A stretch of DNA of 64,000 bases from the NCBI GenBank assembly GCA_038496445.1, contig JALMLS010000507.1, positions 496,001 to 560,000 of the forward strand, written 5' to 3'. Made by a program: the position numbers and the translations under genes. The stretch is from Trichosphaerium sp. ATCC 40318. Lineage: Eukaryota; Protista; Tubulinea. A model generated the notes under the pieces. It had not been told where the DNA came from. It ran no database searches and saw nothing but the letters and a program-made list of their open reading frames with translations. Positions 52,401 to 64,000 of this stretch are shown one piece after another; position 1 is the first letter of the stretch; every line of letters starts with the position of its first letter.

Positions 52401-52829
52401 GTTTAGATTTGACGTTTGTGAGAAGTAAGAAAGTTGGTTTTTTTGATTGAGTTTCGTTCTTCGCGGGAAATAGTTTTTTTGTACCTCTATCTGGTTGGTT
52501 TTGATTTTTAGCTCGTTTTGAGTCGTTTTGTACTTGGTTTGTAATTCTTGAAGAGAACTGGCCAATTTGGCCTTTTCAGCATTCGCATTTCGCACGGACG
52601 CCTCTAGACTCGCGACACGAGCTTGTTGCTGTGAACCTAAGAGAAATGTAAGACACGAAAATGACGTTAATTGTACCCTGCGTTGATCCAGAAGGGCGCA
52701 TAAGCTGCATGAATCTAACATCTACAGATGTTACAAGAAAACACATAACTGTAAACGCTTATACTAACCTTGAAGCTCATTCTTTAGCCTGTAGTTCTCG
52801 TTTTTCAGCTCCCTTATTTCGTCTTGCAT
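49500..52829 (-). CDS. Long coiled-coil protein with C-terminal BRCT domain(s) and basic NLS-like tail
   Basis: Heptad-rich exons, followed by AEITDKFDSTVTHVVAPSGTKTLKTVAALLRGTWLMSTTWITDS (BRCT consensus THVV..T.K...A...G.W....W). Confidence 0.8.
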
Positions 52830-53015
52830 TCTGTGGCGAGTTGACACTTTTAACGCTGATCGAAACAAGAGGACGTGAAGTAAACTCTTCAAGTAGTAAC
52901 ACAATGGATAAAATTTCTCTGCGTTTTGTGAGAAAAAGTCACCGGTTTGACACTGGCTGCGTATCCTTTCTGTGAGCACGGACTAGTGAACGACAACTGT
53001 TAGCACGGTTTGCGT

Positions 53016-56000
53016 ATGGAAGGCATAACAAGAGAGCTTATTCACGACACGTTCAACCAATTTGCTCAATGTATTGAAACTACGCCTAACACTGCTGAAG
53101 AAGACGTAAAAGCGTACGAATCATGATTTTGTAATGTTTTACATTTTTTCATCGCAACCCTGACAATATTAAGGGTATGCGAGCCACACAACAAGGTACA
53201 ATGGGCAGCACGCGTCAGAACGTTCAAGGTACAATAAGTGCTCAGAATAATTTATTAATACCTCATAGCCCTCCTGCTGGTTTAATAAAGCACATTGCAG
53301 GTATAAGCACATCATAATTACTAAATATTTAAATAACACAGCGCTTCTAACTTCTATAGCCCTATGGCTATTGCCCGATACGGTTGGATGTGTGTGGGAA
53401 GGGATACTATACAATGTGTTAGCTGTGACGTAAAAGCAACATCGCAGCCAGAAAAGGATATGACAGCAGCTCAGGGTACTCCACGCAATTAATTAACGCC
53501 TATGCCAGTTTAACGGATAGCATAATTTAAAAAAAAAGCTAAAAACGCGCCCTAACACTCCTTAGTAACAGAAGCAGGCAAAAACTTTGTACAAAGCCTA
53601 CCTAGTCGTTGTGATCCAACTTGCGACTGGATAAACAACACAACGCCACTGTCGCTTACACTACCGCGTATGTTCGTTTTCTCTGTTGCACAACCTTTAA
53701 TAGAACTCTAGCAAGTCATCCTGATTTACTAAAGAAACAATACATCGCCAGGCGAAGAGAATTACTAAAAGGACCGCTTCCAGCTTTGACACCTAATGTT
53801 CAAGAAGAACTTGTACGAATTTTTTTTAATGGTTTTGTGTTTGTACCATCTGACATGTTCTAGGAGGAGATACTTGGTAATAAGATGGTAGAGTACCTTG
53901 ATGATGGTGCATCAAGTAGTGATAGCGTAGAAAGAGTACGTAAAACCTAGATAGTGGCATTTCTGGTTCAAAGTCGAATTGCAAATTAATTGTGTCATTG
54001 CTTGTTTGTGCTTTAAAAACGCTAATATAGGCTTAGGTAGCGTCTTTACTCAGTTTATGCGGTTGGACACGTTGTCCAGATGATCCTACATTACTAAAAT
54101 GCCACTGCTGTCAACGTAAGCTTGCACTACGCCACTTTTTGCTAATAACCAGGTACTGTCAACTTGAATGACTTGTTATTTCTTTTTTTTTTTTAATTTA
54201 CCCGTAGTGACGCTGAGACAGATGAAGCTATAAAGAAAGCTGAAGAAACATCTAATCGATTTCAGACACTTGTTGATAAAATCTCTTCTACAGCTTCGTT
54301 CACAGAGGTTGTTGAAGAACCTGAAGAAGTTATTGAGATACAACTAGATGTCGAAGAAGAGCACAATGAAAATCTTGAAGAAACAAAACAAACTGAAGAT
54401 GACACAAAAGAAGACACAAAAGAAGACACAAAAGAAGACGCTCAGATGAGTGATGCTACACAAGATGATGTGGAAAATATCCAGGATTCAACATCAGGAA
54501 CCGAAGAAAAGCAAGGATCAGAGGATAGCATAGAACCTACACCAAATGACGCAGAAGATGTCGAAGAAGAAGAAGATAATACTACAAATGGTGATGGCGC
54601 TGTTGAAGAGTCTGAGGTAGTAGCTAAAGAAGACGATATCAAAGATATTGGTATGGGAGCCACAAACTTTTCTAGCACAAGTGATATTGAATCACCTAGC
54701 TCTGAGTCGTTCTCAAACGAGAACGATGTCGAAGAACAAAAGGAAAATGTAGCTTCGGAGAAAGCGGAGGAGAGTGATGAGTCTGAAGATATGTTAGCTA
54801 AGAAAAACACTGAAACAGATGAATCTGATAAAGAAAAGGAGGCACAAGATAGTTCTACTGATGAGGGGGAACTTGATAGTGCTCCTGAAGAAATTTTACA
54901 AGCGAAAGTCGTAACTGAAGACAATGAAGTCGCAGAAAGTCAAGCCGAAGATATTGAAGGTGGTGATGTAGATACTGTTAATAATGAAAGCTCTGCCATT
55001 AATGACGATGAAGACATGGTTGATGTTGAAGATATAGAACAAAGTGAGCCTATACAAGCAGTTGTAGTGGCTGCAGTAGTAGAGGAAGATGAACACGAGC
55101 AAAAAGGGAACAAGAGAAAAAGGGTAAGGACCTTCATGTTTACTTTGGTTCACGAATACTTATGTTTTTATAGGAGGATGAAGAAAGTGATACTGAACAA
55201 GGAGAGAATGTAAATAAAGAAGAGGAAGGTGATGAAGATACACAACCTAAGAAGAAACAGAAACTCGACACAAAGGTATGAAATTTTTTTAAACTAGCAT
55301 TTTGTTTTCTTACTTCCACTCAAAGGCAAATGATGATCAAAGTGACAAGCTAGAGACAGTTACAACTGATTCGCCTGATAATATGGATGTGGATAATGAA
55401 GAAGATGCTAGCGAAAACAAAGGTATGTGACCTTAAAACATTTAAATTGATATTCTGAAGAGCCTGCTGGTGAGAAATCAGAAAGTGAAGTAGAAGCACC
55501 AGACGCCATGCAAGTTGGTACTGAATCTCATGCGCACTCTGCCAGCCATTTTAATAAGATATAGATGGAGAAGAATCCCAGCCAGAAATACAAGAAACAA
55601 ATACAGAAGAAGTACAGCAACCGACCACAGAGGTCCCAGAAGAAACTCAAGAAACCACACCAGTAAATAATTCTCAAGCTTCGAGTTACTTACGTCATGT
55701 AGTCACCTAAAACACCACAAGAGGCTACAGAACTCATCATAGCACTTGTAGATGATAAAATCAAGTCTCAAGCAGCAGAAGAGAGCGATCCAGAGTCAGA
55801 GGTTGAAAAGGCAAAACCAACAGGACCTGTTTCTCCATTGCCCAAAATGCTAAGAAAGCGTGTTTCGAGAAAGATGCTCATTTCGAAACGTCACTTTCAC
55901 CCTATCAACGAACATCGCTGTTTCTGTATCTGGAAGGTTGCAAGCGAAGGTCGAACTGACCCTTCATGGGTCGCTACTGCGAAAGCTATGCAGAGACTAC

Positions 56001-56198
56001 GTGCTACTGCTCAAAGCGAAGACACACCGAATGTACGAAAAATAATTCTAACTCCAACAAAAAAACAAGTTTGTTTTTTTGGATCGTTGGAAGATAACTT
56101 CGTTAACCCTTTGATTTTTCTAGATGGAAGATTTAATGATACAGTTCAAGTCTATGGACGAGACATTACGGTTATTCGAGAGCACGACATCAAAATGA
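53016..56198 (+). CDS. ZC3HC1: NIPA/ZC3HC1 (Rsm1/Pml39)-like zinc-finger protein with a large acidic insertion
   Basis: WAARVRTF..WFNK..SPMAIARYGW..IQCVSC..CDW (zf-C3HC), then LSLCGW..LKCHCCQRKL and a distal FHPINEHRCFCIW (Rsm1 module), separated by a Glu/Asp-rich region. Confidence 0.8.
54401..54439 (+). repeat. Coding minisatellite (GACACAAAAGAA)x3 encoding DTKE repeats
   Basis: Direct 12-bp tandem repeat visible in the acidic region of the NIPA-like gene. Confidence 0.85.
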
Positions 56199-56621
56199 GG
56201 TTTTTTTTGTTTTCGAAAGGTAAAATAAAAAAGGTCTTTTGTACTCTATAAACACTAGTTCAGTAACTTGTGTTAGCGAACTTTAAGGTCAATACATATC
56301 ATGTAGCTCAAGCGCTTTTATTTAAATTGTCTGTTTATGTTAATGCACCTCGTATTTGGTGCTGTGTCACCTCTCACGCGTGCAAGGAAGTCTTTGAACT
56401 AACAAGGCTGTAATTCTATGAGTGGATGACGACTTGTTTTCCAGGTTTTTAATAGCACGTGGCTTGTGTTCCATGGTAATTGTAAACTGCTTTCGTCAAT
56501 TAAGTAGACTACCAGTGTTTTAAGGTTAGGTATCACATAGTGTAGCTAGCCGAGTAATATACACGCACAATCGAAGGTATTACATGGATCACAATCTAAT
56601 ACATACGCCAGAGTACGTTCT

Positions 56622-57994
56622 ATGCTTCGTTATCTGTAAATCACGAAATAAGCCCGTAAACTGTCCAATAGCTAATCGTGCTTTGTAGGCCGTTAGAGTT
56701 ACTTTGGTTACCTACAGAAATAATATTTTGTATACTGGCTCTATTGGGTAAACGTAACCGTGTAACTGCTACATTTGTTTGTAAATTGTTTTCTACAATC
56801 ATTTTAAATCACTTGGGATACAAACAGGTCAAAGTTCTATCTGTAAAAAATCTTAAAAAGCTCAACAAAAGTCCCCTTCTACAAAACACGAAAATAACAA
56901 TTAACGAGGAGTGTTTAAAGAATGATAAGCACTTTGAGTACATTTCTGGTGTCCGTCACCTAGAAATAGTTGGAATTATTTCATTAACAGATGCTATGTT
57001 AGCACATATAGCAGGTGTACATGACCTCACAATACAGCTACTAGAAAATACATTTTTAAATAATGGACTTAAGTCAATTTGTGGTGTCCATACATTAGAC
57101 TTGGCGTTTGGGTTATTGGAAGATACATGGCTTGAAGACCTTGGTAACATACACACTATTAATATTTCAGGGACTAAAGTAACAGATGAAGGACTGGCAA
57201 TGCTGTCTGGAATTCACACTATTGGTTTATCATACTGTGACCAAATTACAGACAAAGGTGTTATTGCCATTTCTCATAGTGTCCATAAAATACAGTTTCA
57301 AAAGTGCAATATTACAGATAAAAGCCTATTAGCACTAACCAATGCAAGCTTTATAGCTTTGAGCGGTCTTAAAACCATTACAGATGAAGGAGTAAAGTAT
57401 TTGTTAACACAAGCGAAAAACATTAAAAAAATCACTCTTGACAAGTGTACTCACATATCAAATGATGTGTTGAAACTTTTGGCTGGTATACCTTGTATTG
57501 AGCTTTTTCAGTGTACACAACTAAGTGATGCTACTTTATCACATTTAGCGGCAGGAGTACATCATATTGATTTGGGTGGTTGTAAATCTTTAACAAATGA
57601 CGGGATAAAACAATTGGCAGGTGTAAAAGTAATCAATATTGCAAGGATTGATTGTGTTGACGACAGTACTGTACAGGCGCTTGCTGGAGTACATACAATT
57701 ATGCTCAATGAGACGCATGTGACAGATGAAGGTCTAGGCTACTTAGTTGGTGTTAAAGTCATAAGTCTTTACAAATGTAAGCTTATAACTGATGAAGGAG
57801 TGAACAGTCTTATTGGTGTCAAGAAACTAAATTTAAGATACTGTTCACAAATCAGCGACAATGGCATTGTTAATTTAACAGGCCTTCATAAAATTGAATA
57901 TGATGGCACCCAAATAACAGATGAGATGGTCGATAGTCTAGTAGAGGATGTTGAAGCAGGAGAAATGTGGCCCAGCTTTTTTGAAGACATTTAA
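56622..57994 (+). CDS. F-box/leucine-rich repeat protein
   Basis: A short first exon (ATG 56622) splices to PLELLWLPTEIIFCIL...FVCKLF (F-box), followed by intronless GVHxIxL..ITDEG LRRs. Paralog of 48209-49120. Confidence 0.9.
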
Positions 57995-58653
57995 TGAAAT
58001 TGCAAAACAAGTACAACGCCTTTTCTGGCAGAAGTTGAGCAGTGTGCCAAATAGTTCACTGAAATACAAGTCAAAATCTGGGTTACAACAAAGGAATACA
58101 ACAATGTATGTGTTTACACTAAAGGCTCATTATACGCTAAACTGCATCACAATTTTTTACGTACCCATTTGTTTCAACCCAGCTGAGGCAAGTAAACACA
58201 ATTGATGTATTGCACGTGTATGTATCATTACCAACGTTTAAAAGATGCAAACACGGCGCGCTCGTTAGCTGCAAGGAATTTAATAGGTTTACTTATCAGG
58301 ATAGCAACATTTTTGTAAGTTTGCTGGTAAACGGAAATTTGATACTAGCGTTACCCATCGCTTTTGGTTTATAGTAGACCTTTGAATGAGGTCTGGGTTT
58401 AGTGTACTTGTGCTGTAGACAAGAATGCGGTTAGTTGCAACGAGTGTTTTGTAGTATTTTTAAATTTTCATTCAAAAGCGTAAATTTCGGAGAGAACAAA
58501 ATACGCTGTTTTGACGTGTCATGTGTTGTACTGTATCTTCGTCTGTTTACTGAAAGACAAATATACTTGGTTTTCACGAAAAACCAGTTTAGGAAACGCG
58601 CTTATCGCTCAAACTTAACTAAACCCGAAGTGTACGAAGAGTAAGTACGAACC

Positions 58654-59702
58654 ATGGTATTCAAATACAAATTGGTAATTGTGGGAGATGGCGGTGTTGT
58701 AAGTAAAAAATATAATCGTCAGTACTCAGCGTTAATCAAAATTCCAGGGTAAGAGTTGCCTCACCATACAGTTCTGTCAGAACCACTTTATCCCAGGTAA
58801 ATAGCAGTTTTTTTGTGTTTTTATGCAAACCTCTAACGCTTTGCTAGATTATGATCCTGTACGTCATTTTATCAATTAAGAGGGTAGTGACTGCGAGACT
58901 ACAGCGGTTTTGATAAAAAAAAACCAACAAAACAATTGTTGAATGCAATTCACGCTAGTCGCGCTTCCTTACATGTGACTGCATGTCAGGAATTTTAATC
59001 TCCTAAAGTAGCCATCAACCTTGCTTTGTTGTTTTGCCAAATAGCTCCTGAATTACTTACCGCTATGTAGACCATTGAAAATATGTACAGAAAGCAAGTG
59101 TCGATAGACAGTGAACCTTGCGTGTTGGAGATCTTGGACACAGCCGGTACGCACTGAATACTGCATCCTTAACTCGAAAAACCAATAATATGATAGGCCA
59201 AGAAGAGTATAGCGCCATGAGAGACCAGTACATCAGATCAGGCCAAGGTTTTCTTGTAGTTTACAGTATAGCAAACCGCCGCTCGTAAGCGCTTGCGCAG
59301 GTGAATTTTTTGCTGATTACTTTAGCTTCGAAGAGCTAGGCGAATTTAGAGAGGCAATTCTGCGTGTAAAAGACGCAGCTGCATACCCAATGATAATTGT
59401 AGGTAACAAATGCGATTTAGAGGCATCTCGCGAGGTACCAAGCGATTTTTTTACGTTATTTTCAAAAAAATGCCGCCTTCCAACTCACTAATTATGTAAA
59501 ACAGGTGTCAACTCTAGAAGGTCAAGAATTGGCAAAATCTTACTCTTGCCCTTTCGTAGAGACATCTGCGAAAACACGTGTTCGTGTAGACGACTGCTTC
59601 TTTGAGCTAGTCAAAGAAGTCCGTAGTTATGAAGAGTCTCAAGACCCAAACGGCGCAGGTGAAAAGAAACCTAAGAGAAGAGCAGTGTGCACTCTATTAT
59701 AA
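58654..59702 (+). CDS. Ras family small GTPase (RasC-like)
   Basis: [50 protein letters not shown] and CAAX box CTLL; seven exons including an 11-nt exon. Confidence 0.96.
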
Positions 59703-59950
59703 GCAGACTATACAGATATTTATAAATATCTGTGTACCTGCTCCTTTAGCCAGTTCCCCATCTTGAACGTTGAAAGTATATATAAGTATTATTTCAACGG
59801 CCTTTTTTGAATGTACAAATAGATAGCATAGTATGAAAGCAGCTAGTTGTAGTTTTTTTTTTTTGGGCAAGTCTGACTTTGTAAGAAATCTCGCATTTTT
59901 GGAGAATTGGCAAGTGTACCAGCTTCGCAAGGGAGTGCTACAGCGCAACG

Positions 59951-61498
59951 ATGGCGCACCTTGCGCCACGGTGTGGATTAGTAGTTGTAGGCCGCGCTAG
60001 AACGAAAGTACAACCAAAAGCTAATACTAGAGCTTCAAAGTACTGGCGCGTACATAACCAACGCTTAAAATTCGATTACATTGGTAAATACCTCAATGTA
60101 AAACATCTTGATGATTGGTATACAGTACAACTAAAAGAGGTGCTTGAAAATGGCGCCAGTGGTATTTTGTACGTTTAGCATTTTACTTTATTACAAAACT
60201 GTACAAATAGTTGCTTACAGCTTGTGACGCCTAATAATCGCGCTTGGTGCTTAATTAACCAATATTTAGAAAGCGCTACGATCGCAGCTTATCCTCGTGC
60301 CTAACAACGCTATATCCCAAACACAAATGGCGTGTACAGGACTTTGCGTACGTTTTCAACGCTAAACACCAATAATGAGAACATTTTGTTATCAACCTTC
60401 TTGCCAGTACTAACGTATCTATCATTCCTCAGTACTGTACCCCGTAATTATTGGAGAGATATGTCAAACCAGAAGCAAGTAATTGAGTCACTAGCAAAAT
60501 CCTTGGAGGTAAAACATCTCGATGATTTTTACACTGCCACTAAGAACTCAACTCAAACCAAAGGCATAGAAGGCGTACTGTACGTTTATTTGTTACCTAC
60601 AGCTATGAAACTAGGCCTTGTATAATGGTAAAAATCAGTGACACATTTATAGGAAGTACTATGATAATTCACTTCCACAATGTTTGTCCGTACTGTATCC
60701 AAACCATGAATGGATTTTTTGGCACTTCGAGTACGTTTTATTTTTATATCAAAGAACACAACTTTAGGGTGTAACTCTTTGTGTTTCTATATGAGAAGCC
60801 ATCAATGTATGTCCTAACACTTGTTTTAGGTCATCTGATGTACAGTACTGGTCAAACAAGGATAACCAACGCATGGCGTTTGATTATATTGCAAGGAAAA
60901 GAGGCATATCAACTTTTGACATGTGGTACACTCAAGCGTCTCAACTTCATAAGATTGCTTCTGGTTTCGTTGACTTGTACGCTGGGATCCTTTATTACAA
61001 CCACTTCTGTGTATATTTGACTGTACTTTAGGTACGGGTCCATGTACGCTTTGTTCAAAGCTGTTTATCCAGAATATCCTTGGCAAGAAAAGAAGTTTTA
61101 TCCAAAGTTTTGGGCTCGTCCTGAAAACCAACTTGCTTTTATGAATAAGATAAGTAAGATACTAGGTGTAACACACCCAAAGGATTGGTAAGACAGTAGT
61201 ATTTTGCTAAAAATCTACATGACTTCAAGAACCAGTGTTACTAATTCCTTTCTACCCTCAGGTATAGAGTTTCCTGGGTTCAGATAGGTCAGTTGGGAGG
61301 AAAGGGTTTTTTGGCATATTGGCCGCATTGCCTGTTGTTAATTGAGCCGGAGTACCCATGGGATTGGGATGAGTTTGCTTCTCGTGGAAAATCATCTCAA
61401 CAAAGGTGCGCCACATGAGTCATCTTGGATTTTGTTTTGACACTCTTTGTTGCAGGGTATTGGTGAGGCAAACTCATTCCCTGTGTTCACCAGATTGA
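59951..61498 (+). CDS. Protein with four ~70-aa helical repeats and a presequence-like N-terminus
   Basis: The repeat YW...NQ...F/I..I...L.V.H.DDWY.......G.G.L..Y..SL..CL..LYP...W....F occurs four times. The N-terminus is Arg-rich and has no acidic residues. Confidence 0.8.
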
Positions 61499-61707
61499 AG
61501 ACAAGTCACCACCACAAACGATTGCAATAAGATGAAACGAGGTAACCTTTTTCACGTTTATTGACAGTTTGGTGAGTCAATCGAGGTCACAAACGTAAAA
61601 ACGTTTAAAGCCACTGAATATCGCAACAGATTAACGCCTACACTTTGCTTTCGCGTAGAAATCTTAATTCGACGGCTGAAAAGAAACTTGGACGTCACGA
61701 TTACACT

Positions 61708-63385
61708 ATGTCCACAAAACGCAAGGTACTCGCTTTTCACGCTACCGTCACGAGCTAAAAACGCAATATAGGCGAATACCTCGCAATTGTACGATAATTA
61801 CTGCCTACTGAACCTTCCAGTCGAGCTACACCTCGATATCATTGATATAGACGTTGAAATGTATTTAAAATGGCCACTCTTATCGAAATACACAGCAATG
61901 ACAACGAGGTATAACAACGAATTGGAAAAACACGGCAAATGGCTGAAAAGGCGAAGAACGGGAAAAAAAAAGCCTCAAAGCACAAAATTACAAATCATAG
62001 GCGAGGAGTATTGGAAACACGGCAAACGACACGGAGAGCACAAGATGTGGCATAAGAACGGTGTATTAGAATTACAGTGTAATTTTGTGGACGGTAAGCG
62101 AGAAAAAGAGTATAAGAGTTGGTATGAAAACGGTCAATTGCGTGAAGATCGTACGTTTATCGAAGGTAAACAAAATGGACACTATAAGAAGTTCCATGAC
62201 AATGGTAACTTGCTTGAGGAATGCAGTTATGTTAATGGTAAGCGAGAAGGGGAGTGCAAGCGCTTGTATAATGATGGTAAGTTACTTGATGAGTGTTTTT
62301 TTGTCAACGGTAAGCGAGAGGGAGAGTATAAGAGTTGGTATGCCAATGGACAGCTTCTTGAAGATCGTATGTTTGTTGAAGGTAAACAAATTGGAGAATA
62401 TAAACGTTTCTACAATGACGGTCACTTGTTTAAGGAGTGTGATTATGAGGATGGTTACCGAGAAGGAGAGTATAGGATTTGGCACAATAACGGTCAATTG
62501 AATGTACTTTGTAAGTACATCAATGGCGAGCTGAATGGACGGTACAAAGTGTGGTCTAGCCGTGGTCAGGTTATTGAGATGAGTGACTATGTTGATGGTA
62601 AGAGAGAAAGAGATTATACACGCTGGTATGAAAGCGGCCAAGTACTTGAAGAGTGTGAATTCGTAAACGGTGAACCAAAAGGAGTTTACAAAAAGTGGTT
62701 TCAAAATGGTCAATTAAATGAGCAAGTTTATTGCTTAAATGGTAAACAGCATGGAGAATATAACAAGTGGCATGATGATGGTCAGTTAGTAGAACATTGT
62801 AATTTAATTGAAGGAAAACTACATGGAGAATACAAACAATTCAATGTCCTGACTGAACAGTTGATTAAGAAATGTAATTATCTTGATGGTAAGCTTGATG
62901 GTGAGTATAGGACTTGGTATTTCAATGGAAACCCAAAAACCCAATGTTATTACATCAACGGCAAAGTAAATGGACGGCTTAAAGCATGGGACTGGGTTGG
63001 TAGATTGCAAGATAATGTTATTTGTGTCAATGGTTATAGAGCTGGAAATGCTACTAGTTTCCAATGTAAACGTGTTAATGGTAAACTACATGGAGAGTAT
63101 AAAAGAATGATTAAAGGGCAGTTAGTAGAGAAAGGTCATTTTGTACAAGGTGAACGTCATGGAGAGTGTACATTTTGGCTTTGTGATGGTACATTATCTG
63201 AACAGTACAATTATGCTAAAGGTAGACGAGAAGGTGTTTATAAGAGTTGGTATGATAATGGTCAGTTGTATGAAGAGTATAGTTACATTAATGATAAGAA
63301 GGAAGGAGAATGTAAGCGTTGGCTTAAAAGTGGTAAACTGTATGAGCACTTCAATTACATTAATAATAAAAGAGAAAGTGACTGA
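61708..63385 (+). CDS. F-box-like plus MORN-variant (YwqK-like) repeat protein
   Basis: First exon MSTKRK, one intron (61726-61771), CLLNLPVELHLDII..YLKWPLLS, then a long intronless array of ~24-aa repeats. Paralog of 35757-37094. Confidence 0.9.
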
Positions 63386-63506
63386 GGTTGCAACACGCAA
63401 TAAATAATGTACCTGTGTTTTATAAAAAGTCTAAAAATAAACTCAACCTTGAAGTACTCTTAGCTAAACTTTTTCAAAGCTATTTAAGTTTATTTTTGTC
63501 CAAGAT

Positions 63507-64000
63507 TTATTTACCATGAACCCACATGTATTGTCCTTTAACTTGTCCATTTTTGTACCATGATTTACTCTCGCCATGTAGGTTACCATCAACCCATGTG
63601 GCTTGATATTTTAGTTTTTCATCTTCATACCATCCTTTACCTTCACCATGGCGTTTGCCATGAGCCCACATGAACTGGTCCTTGAGTTGTCCGTTTTCAT
63701 ACCACGATTTACTTTTGCCATGTATTTTACCATTAACCCACATGGATTGAGTGAGTAGTTGTCCATTTTCATACCATGATTTACGTTTGCCATGTCTGTT
63801 ACCATCAACCCACATGGATTGACTTTTTAGCTGTCCATTGTTATGCCATTCTTTAAATTCACCATGCTGTTCACCATTAACCCATGTGGATTGAGTTCGT
63901 AGTTGTCCATTTTCATACCATCTTTTACATTCGTTGTGCTGTTTATCATCAGCCCACATGGCTTGTTTTTGAAGTTGGCCGTTTTCATACCATTCTTTAC
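63507..64000 (-). CDS. MORN-variant repeat protein (5'-partial, runs off the window)
   Basis: The frame is open to the window end with repeats KSWYENGQL..Q.MWV.G..HG; stop at 63507. Confidence 0.85.
   Translation of the reverse strand, partial: KEWYENGQLQKQAMWADDKQHNECKRWYENGQLRTQSTWVNGEQHGEFKEWHNNGQLKSQSMWVDGNRHGKRKSWYENGQLLTQSMWVNGKIHGKSKSWYENGQLKDQFMWAHGKRHGEGKGWYEDEKLKYQATWVDGNLHGESKSWYKNGQVKGQYMWVHGK

Noticed and set aside
54442-55153. Ser-rich antisense ORFs
   Set aside because: Reverse complement of the Glu/Asp-rich exon of the NIPA-like gene.
62085-63808. Alternative-frame and antisense ORFs over MORN and LRR arrays (also 36505-36786, 48254-48826)
   Set aside because: Shadows of repetitive coding sequence with no independent protein features.
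63507-64000. CRISPR-like periodicity (conserved ~25 nt plus variable sequence every 72 nt)
   Set aside because: The period equals a 24-codon protein repeat in an open frame; no cas genes and a eukaryotic context.
1-64000. Non-standard genetic code suggested by fragmented ORFs
   Set aside because: The fragmentation is explained by short GT-AG/GC-AG introns, and reconstructed genes end at TAA, TAG and TGA normally.

Overview
AT-rich, gene-dense eukaryotic genomic DNA with many short spliceosomal introns (mostly 40-80 nt; GTACGT/GTATGT/GTAAGT donors, CTAA branch points) and the standard genetic code. The gene content suggests an amoebozoan-type protist (RasC-like GTPase, EF-hand+SH2 protein, cAMP-receptor-like GPCR, F-box/LRR and F-box/MORN families); this is an inference. 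The supplied ORF track is mostly exon fragments, so I rebuilt the gene models by hand. They comprise about 20 protein-coding genes: DNA polymerase theta-type C-terminus, propeller-EF-SH2-SH2 protein, MATE transporter, SPFH protein, large secreted repeat protein, ABHD18, Reeler/LPMO-like gene, PH-Clu-TPR protein, PAC2, three MORN-variant genes, GPCR, CRTAC1/ASPIC-UnbV, CEPT1, one unknown, two F-box-LRR genes, coiled-coil/BRCT, NIPA-like, Ras and a ~70-aa helical-repeat protein. There is also a decayed endonuclease III gene. The standout is the minus-strand gene at 22388-26005. Its eight exons splice in frame into a 952-aa protein: signal peptide, Reeler domain, Cys-rich module, GPI-like hydrophobic segment, a SECOND internal signal peptide, then a domain starting with His that carries the histidine-brace signature of lytic polysaccharide monooxygenases. 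It looks like a eukaryotic polyprotein in which internal signal-peptidase cleavage creates the free N-terminal His needed to bind copper. All domain calls come from motifs recognised by eye; no database search was run.
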